Shown: positions 1-7,045 of the stretch, piece by piece | Layout: each line of letters opens with the position of its first letter | Numbering within the stretch: position 1 is the stretch's first letter | Assembly (NCBI GenBank): GCA_964649665.1 | Contig: CAZYPU010000003.1 | Location: 1-44,299 of the forward strand | Source of the DNA: an uncultured Planctomycetia bacterium | GTDB lineage: Bacteria; Omnitrophota; Gorgyraeia; JABMRN01; RBG-13-46-9 | Length of the DNA: 44,299 nt | Direction: 5' to 3' | The notes under the pieces: generated by a model | The model's database searches: none | Told to the model about the DNA's origin: nothing | The model's input: the letters and a program-made list of their open reading frames with translations, nothing else | Program-made: the position numbers and the translations under genes

Positions 1-69
1 ATCATAGGGTATATTAACGCAATAAGAGAAACCATGGGAAAGAAAGAACTACTTGAGGATATGATATGA
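1..69 (+). CDS. 3' end of an upstream CDS (partial, ...IIGYINAIRETMGKKELLEDMI*)
   Basis: Open frame from base 1 to TGA at 67-69, overlapping the next start in an ATGA arrangement. Confidence 0.5.
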   Translation: MIGYINAIRETMGKKELLEDMI

Positions 70-1178
70 AAAGAATCATAGCATCTCTTTTATTTACTAT
101 ATGTATCTTCGTTTTTTCGGACACCAAGGGATTTTCAGATTCGGGTCACATTGCCTCTTCAAAGAAACACGACAACGATCTGATACATGTAGAAGCAAGA
201 GGAATGGGTATATTTTTTGATCGTAGCAGTGATTTTCAAATTGCAAATACCGGTGATTGGGCTGCGGACGTTCTTCGGCAACATGGTGACGAATCCCACC
301 TTTCTTATGGGATAAATAAATGGGGCGGCGGATATGGGGTCGATGTGCTATTGCCGAACAAAGAACTAGTTGACATACAAGTCTCGTTCGAGCAGTATTT
401 TATGTCAGGAAAACAGAACGATTTAGTGCCGGGAAATGCTGCAAGCCTTTTTGCGACAATGGCTTTTATTGATGGAAAGCGCCGTGGTCCTCGAAACACA
501 CATGGTTTTTTTATCAGCGCAGCTCCGGTGGGGAATGCGCCGGGAGAAGTTAATCTGAGTTACACGCTCAATCACTATATGATATCATTGGCGGCAGTTC
601 GCAATCTTTGGAAACAGGATTCAATAGCCGTAGATCTGTTTGTAGGTCCGTCATATGCCGTTTTCTCGCAGGAATATTTATTCAAAACCAGAGGTTGTGA
701 GCCCGGCACAAACACTGCAGCTACTTCGTCTACCAAGGAGGAATTAAGCGATTATCTTTTTGGCGGAGAAATCGGTGTTAAAGGAAAAATGAATGTTTGG
801 AAAGGATTTTTCATTTCACTCAAGCAGGACTTCGGTCTTTTCGCTCGACGCAGCCATTTTTATGGCAGACAAAATGTCGTGAATGTAGCTGTGGCTGCGC
901 CAGGTGCTTTTGCCGGTTTGACGGCCCTTATCAATGCCCGTGATGTTGACACCGGTTTCACGTCACGCTTTACCAGCAATGCGGCTTTTGGCTATGATCT
1001 TGCGGATTGGATATCAATAAAGGTTTTCTATGAATTTGACATGTGGCTCAATCTAACACGCATTAATAACATCGTTGTTTCAACTGATTTAATGAGAGAA
1101 ATCCCTGGTGCTACCCTGATCAAGGGGGACGATCTTCGTGCCAGCATGATTGGCGGATCCGCGGTTATCAAATTTTAG
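66..1178 (+). CDS. Exported hypothetical protein, probable outer-membrane beta-barrel
   Basis: 370 aa; N-terminal signal peptide (MKRIIASLLFTICIFVFS); alternating hydrophobic beta-strand pattern; C-terminal Phe (…AVIKF). Confidence 0.6.
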   Translation: MKRIIASLLFTICIFVFSDTKGFSDSGHIASSKKHDNDLIHVEARGMGIFFDRSSDFQIANTGDWAADVLRQHGDESHLSYGINKWGGGYGVDVLLPNKELVDIQVSFEQYFMSGKQNDLVPGNAASLFATMAFIDGKRRGPRNTHGFFISAAPVGNAPGEVNLSYTLNHYMISLAAVRNLWKQDSIAVDLFVGPSYAVFSQEYLFKTRGCEPGTNTAATSSTKEELSDYLFGGEIGVKGKMNVWKGFFISLKQDFGLFARRSHFYGRQNVVNVAVAAPGAFAGLTALINARDVDTGFTSRFTSNAAFGYDLADWISIKVFYEFDMWLNLTRINNIVVSTDLMREIPGATLIKGDDLRASMIGGSAVIKF

Positions 1179-1313
1179 TTCTTCAAACCCCTTTAATATC
1201 GATATGAGTCAGCAGCGCTGATATAAGGAAAATCAAGTAAAGAGCCCAGCGGCTAGGAGTGAAATATCAAACGTTTATTTCAGAGATTCCACATCAGATT
1301 GCCGGCTGATGGT

Positions 1314-1342
1314 TGGACAACTTCTCATATGTATGCTATACT
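1314..1342 (+). promoter_or_regulatory. Sigma70-type promoter for the nucleotidyltransferase pair
   Basis: TGGACA-17 nt-TATACT with TG extended -10, about 47 nt before the CDS. Confidence 0.55.
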
Positions 1343-1389
1343 AAAGCTGTATTTGAATTTGCTAAGATAACAGTAATAAGAGATAAAAG

Positions 1390-1929
1390 GTGAATTTCGA
1401 TCTCGTACTAAAATATTTACTCGAGCTATTCAATAAACGCAAGATCCCATATGTACTTATTGGCGGTTTAGCTTTAGGCATACATGGCATCATAAGAACC
1501 ACTCAGGATATAGATTTTATAATTCCCCTAAGCGATATACAAGAAATAGAAGATTTTTTATTAACGCATGGTTACGAAAAGTTATTTAGAAATGATGATA
1601 TTGCCAGTTATGTGTCCGATAATTTTGAATTGGGTAGAGTAGATTTTATACTAGCGCATAGAAAATATACTCAAAACATGCTTAATAACACCATTCCTTT
1701 TGATATAGAAGCAAGCACTTATAAATTAATGGTGGCTCCACTGGAGGACATAATAGGCCTTAAATTGCAGGCTTATTTTAACAGAAAAGATAGGAAAACC
1801 GATGATATGAAAGATATAGAGAATATAATTAAACAGTTCAAATCAAAACTTGATTATGAAAAGATAAAAGAATATGCTTCTATTTTTAATGCGCAGGATT
1901 TATTGAATAAGCTTTGGAAAAGGAAGTAA
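1390..1929 (+). CDS. Pol-beta-type nucleotidyltransferase (AbiEii/DUF6036-like), possible toxin-antitoxin component
   Basis: GG-x-A...R-x-T-x-DID motif (IGGLALGIHGIIRTTQDIDF); C-terminal K-x-x-A...R-x-x-D-x-x-D pattern; GTG start. Confidence 0.75.
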   Translation: MNFDLVLKYLLELFNKRKIPYVLIGGLALGIHGIIRTTQDIDFIIPLSDIQEIEDFLLTHGYEKLFRNDDIASYVSDNFELGRVDFILAHRKYTQNMLNNTIPFDIEASTYKLMVAPLEDIIGLKLQAYFNRKDRKTDDMKDIENIIKQFKSKLDYEKIKEYASIFNAQDLLNKLWKRK

Positions 1930-1930
1930 T

Positions 1931-2158
1931 ATGTTTAGTGAACGAGAGAAGAAAGAGATGCTCGAAGATGCCCTAAGCGCGAAAAGGCGGAAAGGCTTTG
2001 AAGCCGCTGATAAAAAAGCAGCGAAAATTTATAAAAAATATCTATCTTCCTTGACAGCGGATAGAGTAATCAAGTTCCTTATGGATACCCAGAAGGTCAC
2101 AGGGCCATTCCCTGTCTCAAAAACCGTTCCTATCTTCGTGGGAAAATCTAAATTGTAA
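1931..2158 (+). CDS. Small basic hypothetical protein, partner of the nucleotidyltransferase
   Basis: 75 aa, starts 1 nt after the upstream stop. Confidence 0.65.
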   Translation: MFSEREKKEMLEDALSAKRRKGFEAADKKAAKIYKKYLSSLTADRVIKFLMDTQKVTGPFPVSKTVPIFVGKSKL

Positions 2159-2269
2159 AAGAGCCACAAAAAACTTGACAAAATACTAATCTCGGTAATC
2201 TCGGGACGGTTCTGACGGCGAACTTGCATCTGTCTCCAACCGATTAACTAACTAAATCACTCTTGCTCG

Positions 2270-2290
2270 GTTAGATAACATTTATCTAAC
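2270..2290. promoter_or_regulatory. Perfect palindrome GTTAGATAA-cat-TTATCTAAC, candidate operator
   Basis: 9-bp inverted repeat with a 3-nt spacer, 5 nt upstream of a -35 hexamer. Confidence 0.35.
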
Positions 2291-2295
2291 GGGGC

Positions 2296-2323
2296 TTGCA
2301 ATTCCTGCCCGGTGTGATATAAT
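2296..2323 (+). promoter_or_regulatory. Sigma70-type promoter driving the structured leader and tRNA(CAU)
   Basis: TTGCAA-16 nt-TATAAT with TGn extended -10. Confidence 0.6.
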
Positions 2324-2342
2324 TGTCAAGCTGTATTGATAG

Positions 2343-2586
2343 GCACTTCGACTGGTGGCAAATGCTTTCTAAGGGTCGCATTTGCAACACCGCTCAGTGC
2401 GAAATTTGCTTCGCAAATTTCGGGGCCATCCGCCTTCGCCGGTGGAGAAACTCACAGAAGGTGTGCTACGGCGGGATTGGCCTGTAGGCAGAAATTCAAA
2501 GATGGGTACTTCGGAAGTCATGAATCCTCTCATAGGTCGGATTCATAAGACTTCCTCAGTATCAAAAATTCTTTAGGCGAATTTTT
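2343..2586 (+). ncRNA. Candidate structured RNA/leader (four abutting stem-loops) directly 5' of the tRNA
   Basis: Helices GCAAATGC/GCATTTGC, CGAAATTTGC/GCAAATTTCG, GGCC-ATCCGCC/GGCGGGATTGGCC and GGAAGTC-ATGAATCC/GGATTCAT-GACTTCC. Confidence 0.4.
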
Positions 2587-2659
2587 GGGGCCATAGCTCA
2601 ATTGGTTAGAGCATCTGACTCATAATCAGAGGGTTCATGGTCAAGTCCATGTGGCCCCA
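2587..2659 (+). tRNA. tRNA with CAU anticodon (Ile2 or elongator Met); T-loop is 6 nt instead of 7; no encoded CCA
   Basis: Cloverleaf: GGGGCCA/TGGCCCC acceptor, GCTC/GAGC D-stem, TCTGA-CTCATAA-TCAGA anticodon arm, CATGG-TCAAGT-CCATG T-arm. Confidence 0.85.
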
Positions 2660-2673
2660 CTCTATACGCTTAA

Positions 2674-2712
2674 AAAAAATGCCTTTGATTATAGTAATCA
2701 AAGGCATTTTTT
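2674..2712. terminator. Bidirectional intrinsic terminator
   Basis: Perfect 18-bp inverted repeat AAAAAATGCCTTTGATTA-tag-TAATCAAAGGCATTTTTT between convergent tRNA and CDS. Confidence 0.85.
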
Positions 2713-2734
2713 ACTTTCTCCGGACGGGTGGACG

Positions 2735-3061
2735 CTATTTCTTATTTTCTTTCCACCCCGCAACCTTGTCGTTTTTCAGGTAGAAAGTAATGCTTTCCAC
2801 CTTATCGTCGTCCATCCAGCCCGAAAAGGTGATCCATTCCTGATTGCCATCCTTAGCATACGCTGTCTGGTGGTAATGGGGCAATGCTTGCTGGAGACTA
2901 TCTTTTGACATTCCGATATGGATACGGCCTAAAGTCTGCGTAAGTCTTTCAGCGGCCATTTCTTCGGCGGGGGTAACTTCGGGCAGTGGCTCATAGCCGC
3001 CTTCTGTTTGGGCAAAGGCGAGGGAGGAAAACAGAAAACAAAGCACAAAAAGATATTTCAT
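2735..3061 (-). CDS. Small exported hypothetical protein, SmpA/OmlA-like fold possible
   Basis: 108 aa; signal peptide ending AFA; IHIGMSK...W...ITFYLKNDKV pattern. Confidence 0.65.
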   Translation of the reverse strand: MKYLFVLCFLFSSLAFAQTEGGYEPLPEVTPAEEMAAERLTQTLGRIHIGMSKDSLQQALPHYHQTAYAKDGNQEWITFSGWMDDDKVESITFYLKNDKVAGWKENKK

Positions 3062-3183
3062 ATAAACTTCCTTTCTTAAGACAACAAGAACACCTTCTTT
3101 TATTTCAAATATACACCATTACTCCGGAATTTGCAAATCTCTAGAATGGTATGCTACGGAGCTTAAACAGCAATTTTAGCGAG

Positions 3184-3233
3184 CGGACATTTTAACTTTG
3201 GTAAGAACCGGACATTTTAACTTTGGCTTGACA
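3184..3233. mobile_element. Orphan insertion-sequence end (IS1202/ISNCY-like terminus)
   Basis: Two identical 18-mers CGGACATTTTAACTTTGG (3184-3201, 3209-3226) ending in ...CTTGACA (5'-TGTC on the minus strand); no transposase nearby. Confidence 0.55.
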
Positions 3234-3249
3234 ATTCAATTTACACACC

Positions 3250-3277
3250 TTGCAATTTCGCCTGATTATGGTATAAT
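3250..3277 (+). promoter_or_regulatory. Promoter of tRNA-Val
   Basis: TTGCAA-16 nt-TATAAT with TGn extended -10. Confidence 0.6.
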
Positions 3278-3300
3278 ACTCCGCTTAAAAGGGCACGGAT

Positions 3301-3377
3301 GGGCACATGGCTTAGCTGGTTAAAGCGCTGCCCTCACATGGCAGAGATCGAAGGTTCAAATCCTTCTGTGCCCACCA
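3301..3377 (+). tRNA. tRNA-Val (anticodon CAC)
   Basis: Full cloverleaf: GGGCACA/TGTGCCC acceptor, CTGCC-CTCACAT-GGCAG anticodon arm, GAAGG-TTCAAAT-CCTTC T-arm, encoded CCA. Confidence 0.95.
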
Positions 3378-3441
3378 GATCTTGTAAACGTAGCGAGCAA
3401 AATCCGACCCTAACGGAGCGAGGGGCAACGTTAAAAAATTT

Positions 3442-4158
3442 ATGACTGAAACAAGTATGCAAGATACGATAAAGATGCTGATAGAGTTGCAGGGGTTCGA
3501 CGGTGTCATATTCGACAGGAAGAGATTACTGGAGGAAATTCCGGACAAAATAAGAGAGTTTGATAGAATGCTGGAAGAAAAATCCTTTAATCTTAAGGCC
3601 CTGGAAGAAGAGTCGAAGAAGCTGCAGGTAAGTCACAAGGAAAAAGAGGGGGATCTCAAGGAAAAGGAAGAGGCCATAAGAAAACACCAGACGAAGCTAT
3701 ATCAGGTGAAAACAAATCCGGAATTTACGGCGCTTGAAAAAGAAATAGGGAGCATAACCGCTGACAGCTCTCTCCTTGAAGAGGAAATTATTATGCTTCT
3801 TGACCGGGTAGATGAAATTAAGAAAAAGGTCGCAAAAGAAAAAGAAATTCTTGATGGAGAAAAGAAGAAAGTGGATGAGGAGAAGGAGAAGATAGATCTC
3901 CAGAGGAAAGCGGCAGAAGCGGAATACAACGATTTGAGCGGAAAGCGCAAAGAATTTGCCTCCGGGATCGATAAAGGCGTGCTGGCAAAATACGAAAGAA
4001 TATTGCACAAGAAAGACGGCCTGGCGATGGTTCCGGTAGTCGGCGGCGCCTGCGGCGGCTGCAACATGAATTTACCGCCACAGGTGATAAACGAGGCGCA
4101 GATGAAAAAAACGCTCACTTTCTGCGGCAATTGCGCGAGGATTTTATATTCGGAATGA
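3442..4158 (+). CDS. Coiled-coil protein with C4-type zinc ribbon (DUF164/CT398-like)
   Basis: Long coiled coil followed by CGGC...CGNC. Confidence 0.9.
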   Translation: MTETSMQDTIKMLIELQGFDGVIFDRKRLLEEIPDKIREFDRMLEEKSFNLKALEEESKKLQVSHKEKEGDLKEKEEAIRKHQTKLYQVKTNPEFTALEKEIGSITADSSLLEEEIIMLLDRVDEIKKKVAKEKEILDGEKKKVDEEKEKIDLQRKAAEAEYNDLSGKRKEFASGIDKGVLAKYERILHKKDGLAMVPVVGGACGGCNMNLPPQVINEAQMKKTLTFCGNCARILYSE

Positions 4159-4175
4159 TGGTTTATTGTTGAAGG

Positions 4176-4589
4176 ATGAGTAAAAAATTAAGTATATATG
4201 TGGACGGCGGTTCAAGAGGGAATCCCGGCCCATCGGGAATCGGGGTTGTGGTACTGGACGGCAAAGGAAAAAAACTCAAAGAATTTAATAAGTATATAGG
4301 TATTGCGACAAATAATATCGCCGAATATAACGCGGTGATATACGGCCTGCAGGAGGCACTGATTGAAAAAGCCGACGAGATCGAGCTCAATCTTGACAGC
4401 GAATTGGCCGCCCAGCAGCTCAAGGGCGAATACAGGGTAAAAAATACCAATATCAAACCGTTGTTCGAACAGGCGCTCCATCTTCTCTCGGGATTCAAAA
4501 AATTTACCATAAAGCATATAGCGAGGGAGAAGAACAAAGAGGCCGATAAGCTTGTTAATAAGGCAATAAACCTGGGCGGATTGTTATAA
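4176..4589 (+). CDS. rnhA: Ribonuclease HI family protein
   Basis: DGGSRGNPG, TNNIAEY, DSEL and NKEADKL catalytic motifs. Confidence 0.9.
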   Translation: MSKKLSIYVDGGSRGNPGPSGIGVVVLDGKGKKLKEFNKYIGIATNNIAEYNAVIYGLQEALIEKADEIELNLDSELAAQQLKGEYRVKNTNIKPLFEQALHLLSGFKKFTIKHIAREKNKEADKLVNKAINLGGLL

Positions 4590-4610
4590 TCCGCCTTCGC
4601 TCATTAAAAA

Positions 4611-4959
4611 AGCAGAGTAGGTCGGGCGGCCGCCCGGCCCTTTCGCGAAAAAGGGCCGGGAGGAAAGTCCGAGCTCCAGAGAGCAGTGTAGCGGCTAACA
4701 GCCGTCCACCGCAAGGTGAGGATTAGAGCAACAGAGACGAGTCCGGCGCTAATAATTAGCGCCGGGGTGAAACGGGCAATCTCTACGCGGAGCAAGGCCA
4801 AACAGATCCCGATCCAGGAACTGCTCGTTCCTATCGTATATCATCGATATCGGGAAGGGTAGGCTGCATGAGGCCGCCAGCAATGGCTGTCCCAGATAGA
4901 TGGCTGCCGGGTGGGCGACGAGTCCACTCACAGAACTCGGCTTATAGACCTACTCTGCT
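4611..4959 (+). ncRNA. rnpB: RNase P RNA (type A)
   Basis: GAGGAAAGTCCGAGC near the 5' end and CAGAACTCGGCTTATAG near the 3' end; P1 pairing AGCAGAGTAGGTC/GACCTACTCTGCT. Confidence 0.95.
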
Positions 4960-4965
4960 GCTTGT

Positions 4966-4999
4966 CCCGTTGGCGATTTTTCGCCAACGGGTTTTTTTT
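4966..4999 (+). terminator. Intrinsic terminator after rnpB
   Basis: CCCGTTGGCGA-tttt-TCGCCAACGGG followed by a T-run. Confidence 0.85.
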
Positions 5000-5002
5000 A
5001 AG

Positions 5003-5054
5003 AAAAGGTGCCAGGCACCTTGGATAATCTCAACTAAGGTGCCAGGCACCTTTT
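5003..5054. repeat. Tandem pair of REP-like palindromes AAGGTGCC-A-GGCACCTT
   Basis: Identical 17-mers at 5005-5021 and 5036-5052. Confidence 0.7.
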
Positions 5055-5165
5055 CTTCTAACATCCCGCAATTTCAATACCTTGCGACTTAGCCGTGGCC
5101 TGCGCACTATATGTGGTATGGCCCCGCGGCGCCTGAAAATACACAAAAAAGTTAGAAATTCCGTC

Positions 5166-5230
5166 TTGACAAAGGTGGTTCCATGATGTATATTTGGTAT
5201 TGTAAGTGGTTTAAAGTGGAGTAAAGTGGA
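5166..5230 (+). promoter_or_regulatory. dcw promoter with MraZ-binding repeats
   Basis: TTGACA(5166)-17 nt-TATATT; GTGG cores at 5206, 5216 and 5226 with exact 10-bp period. Confidence 0.8.
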
Positions 5231-5238
5231 GAGGCAAA

Positions 5239-5679
5239 ATGTTTTACGGCGAACACGAACATAAGCTTGACAAAAAAGGCAGGATCATAATCCCCTCGAA
5301 ATTCCGCGAAGCCAGCAAGGAAAACTACATCGATAAATTTTATGTAACGAGGGGGCTTGATATGTGCCTTTTCATGTTCCCGGAGGATGAGTGGAGGCAG
5401 CAGGAGTCAAAGTTCAAAGTGCTTTCGTTCACAAAAAGAGAAGCGAGAAAATTCAACCGGCTTTTTTTCTCCGGCGCGATCGAAGTCACAGCCGACAAGC
5501 AGGGTAGGATCCTGATACCGTCATATCTCAAACAATACGCCGACATCAAAAAAGACATAATCCTGATCGGCGTTTCAAACCGGATCGAAATCTGGAGCAA
5601 GGATAGATGGCGTGAATTTTACACGGCGACAAAGGAATCATTCGAGGACGTTGCCGAAAAATTGATCGACCTGGAATAA
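5239..5679 (+). CDS. mraZ: Division/cell-wall cluster transcriptional regulator MraZ
   Basis: MFYGEHEHKLDKKGRIIIP, DKQGRILIP and GVSNRIEIWS repeats. Confidence 0.97.
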   Translation: MFYGEHEHKLDKKGRIIIPSKFREASKENYIDKFYVTRGLDMCLFMFPEDEWRQQESKFKVLSFTKREARKFNRLFFSGAIEVTADKQGRILIPSYLKQYADIKKDIILIGVSNRIEIWSKDRWREFYTATKESFEDVAEKLIDLE

Positions 5680-5700
5680 AAGGAATGAAAGGCGGTAGCT

Positions 5701-5877
5701 ATGTTTACATTTAGTGTCGTGAAGAAAATAGGGGAAGGCAGCTATCTTGATGAAGCGCTTTTTATCATCGAAAGAGTCAGAAGGGAAAGGTCCCTCGGCG
5801 CGCACAGGATGAAAAGCGAAAGCGGTAAACACAAGCCCAAATCTTCTACCGGAAATGAAAAGGGCAAGTCCTCATAA
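5701..5877 (+). CDS. Putative 58-aa small protein between mraZ and rsmH (below the ORF-track cutoff)
   Basis: ATG at 5701 preceded by SD-like AAGGCGGT; open to TAA at 5875-5877; MFTFSVVKKIGEGSYLDEALFIIERVRRERSLGAHRMKSESGKHKPKSSTGNEKGKSS. Confidence 0.5.
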   Translation: MFTFSVVKKIGEGSYLDEALFIIERVRRERSLGAHRMKSESGKHKPKSSTGNEKGKSS

Positions 5878-6754
5878 ACCGGTAATGCCCGATGAGGTTC
5901 TTGGGTTCCTGCGTTTAAAGAACGGTTGCAGAGTTTTAGACGCAACTTTGGGTTGCGGAGGGCATGCCGCGCTTATACTTCAAAAGATCCTGCCCGACGG
6001 ATTACTTATAGGAATCGACAGGGACAAGGAGTCACTCGAGACCGCCAGAAGCTATCTTGACGCGCCCGAGAAGGCATTCAGGTTAATACAGGCTAATTTC
6101 AGGGATATAGACACGGCCCTTAAGGGCCTGGGCATCAAGAAAATCGATGCGGCGCTCTTTGATTTGGGCCTTTCAAGTTATCAGTTAGAAGACCCGGTCC
6201 GCGGGTTCAGTTTTGAGCGTGACGGACATCTCGATATGCGAATGGACCGTTCGCAGACTCTCTCGGCCTATGATATTGTTAACAGGGTTAAATGGGAGGA
6301 CCTGGAACGAATTATTCGCGATTTCGGCGAGGAAAGATACTCAAGGCGGGTAGCGGACTTTATCGTTGAACAAAGAAAAAAGGCCCCTATCGCCTCGACA
6401 GGCGAACTGACGGGCCTCATAAAAATGGCCCTCGGAAGGCGATACGGCTCGCAGCGGATACATCCGGCCACGAGGACATTTCAGGCGCTGCGGATCGCGG
6501 TAAACGGGGAGCTGGACAATCTTGACGGGGCGCTCGTTAAAATTTTAGAGGTCCTGAACCCCGGGGCAAGGCTCCTGGTTATTTCGTTTCATTCACTGGA
6601 AGACAGAATCGTCAAAAACAGATTCAGGGAATTCGCCAAAGCGGTCCGGGGACGCATACTCACAAAAAAACCGCTTACGGCAAAATCCGAAGAGATAAGG
6701 CAAAATCCGCGCTCCAGAAGCGCGAAACTTCGGGTTTTTGAGGGGCAGGGATAA
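5855..6754 (+). CDS. rsmH: 16S rRNA C1402 methyltransferase
   Basis: HKPVM, DATLGCGGHA, DLGLSSYQL, HPATRTFQALRIAVN and NPRSRSAKLR motifs. Confidence 0.97.
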   Translation: MKRASPHKPVMPDEVLGFLRLKNGCRVLDATLGCGGHAALILQKILPDGLLIGIDRDKESLETARSYLDAPEKAFRLIQANFRDIDTALKGLGIKKIDAALFDLGLSSYQLEDPVRGFSFERDGHLDMRMDRSQTLSAYDIVNRVKWEDLERIIRDFGEERYSRRVADFIVEQRKKAPIASTGELTGLIKMALGRRYGSQRIHPATRTFQALRIAVNGELDNLDGALVKILEVLNPGARLLVISFHSLEDRIVKNRFREFAKAVRGRILTKKPLTAKSEEIRQNPRSRSAKLRVFEGQG

Positions 6755-6760
6755 AAGCTT

Positions 6761-7045
6761 ATGGCAAAAACAAAATTTGTACGGACAATTGCCGGCATCG
6801 TACTCTCGGCCGCATTCGCGCTTTTTTACGCCCACCAGCAGGTAGAGCTTGTCAAGACGAGCTTCCTCATAAATAAACACGACCGCGAGGTAACCTTACT
6901 GCTTGACCAATACAGGGGTTTGATATATAATCTTTCCCGACTGGAATTGCCGGGGAGAATCGAAAACACGCTTAGCGTGAAAGATATCACCCTCTGCATG
7001 CCTAAAAAAAAGAACATACGCCAAAAACAGAATCTAAAATTGTAA
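6761..7045 (+). CDS. ftsL: FtsL-like cell division protein
   Basis: Single TM plus short coiled coil, at the canonical position between rsmH and ftsI. Confidence 0.65.
   Translation: MAKTKFVRTIAGIVLSAAFALFYAHQQVELVKTSFLINKHDREVTLLLDQYRGLIYNLSRLELPGRIENTLSVKDITLCMPKKKNIRQKQNLKL

Noticed and set aside
2270-2290. XerCD dif site
   Set aside because: The spacer between ATAA and TTAT is 3 nt, not 6, and the arms do not match the XerC/XerD consensus
2291-2659. tmRNA or an intron-containing tRNA
   Set aside because: No G3-U70 alanine acceptor or tag reading frame; the tRNA cloverleaf is complete and uninterrupted
3184-3226. CRISPR array
   Set aside because: Only two 18-bp units separated by 7 nt; no cas genes; fits an IS terminus better
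3291-3296. GGGCAC duplicated just before tRNA-Val as an attachment-site scar
   Set aside because: Only 6 bp and at the 5' side; integrase att duplications normally involve the tRNA 3' end
5105-5117. NrdR box (CACTATATGTGGT)
   Set aside because: A single imperfect copy without the usual tandem partner, and no nucleotide-reduction gene downstream
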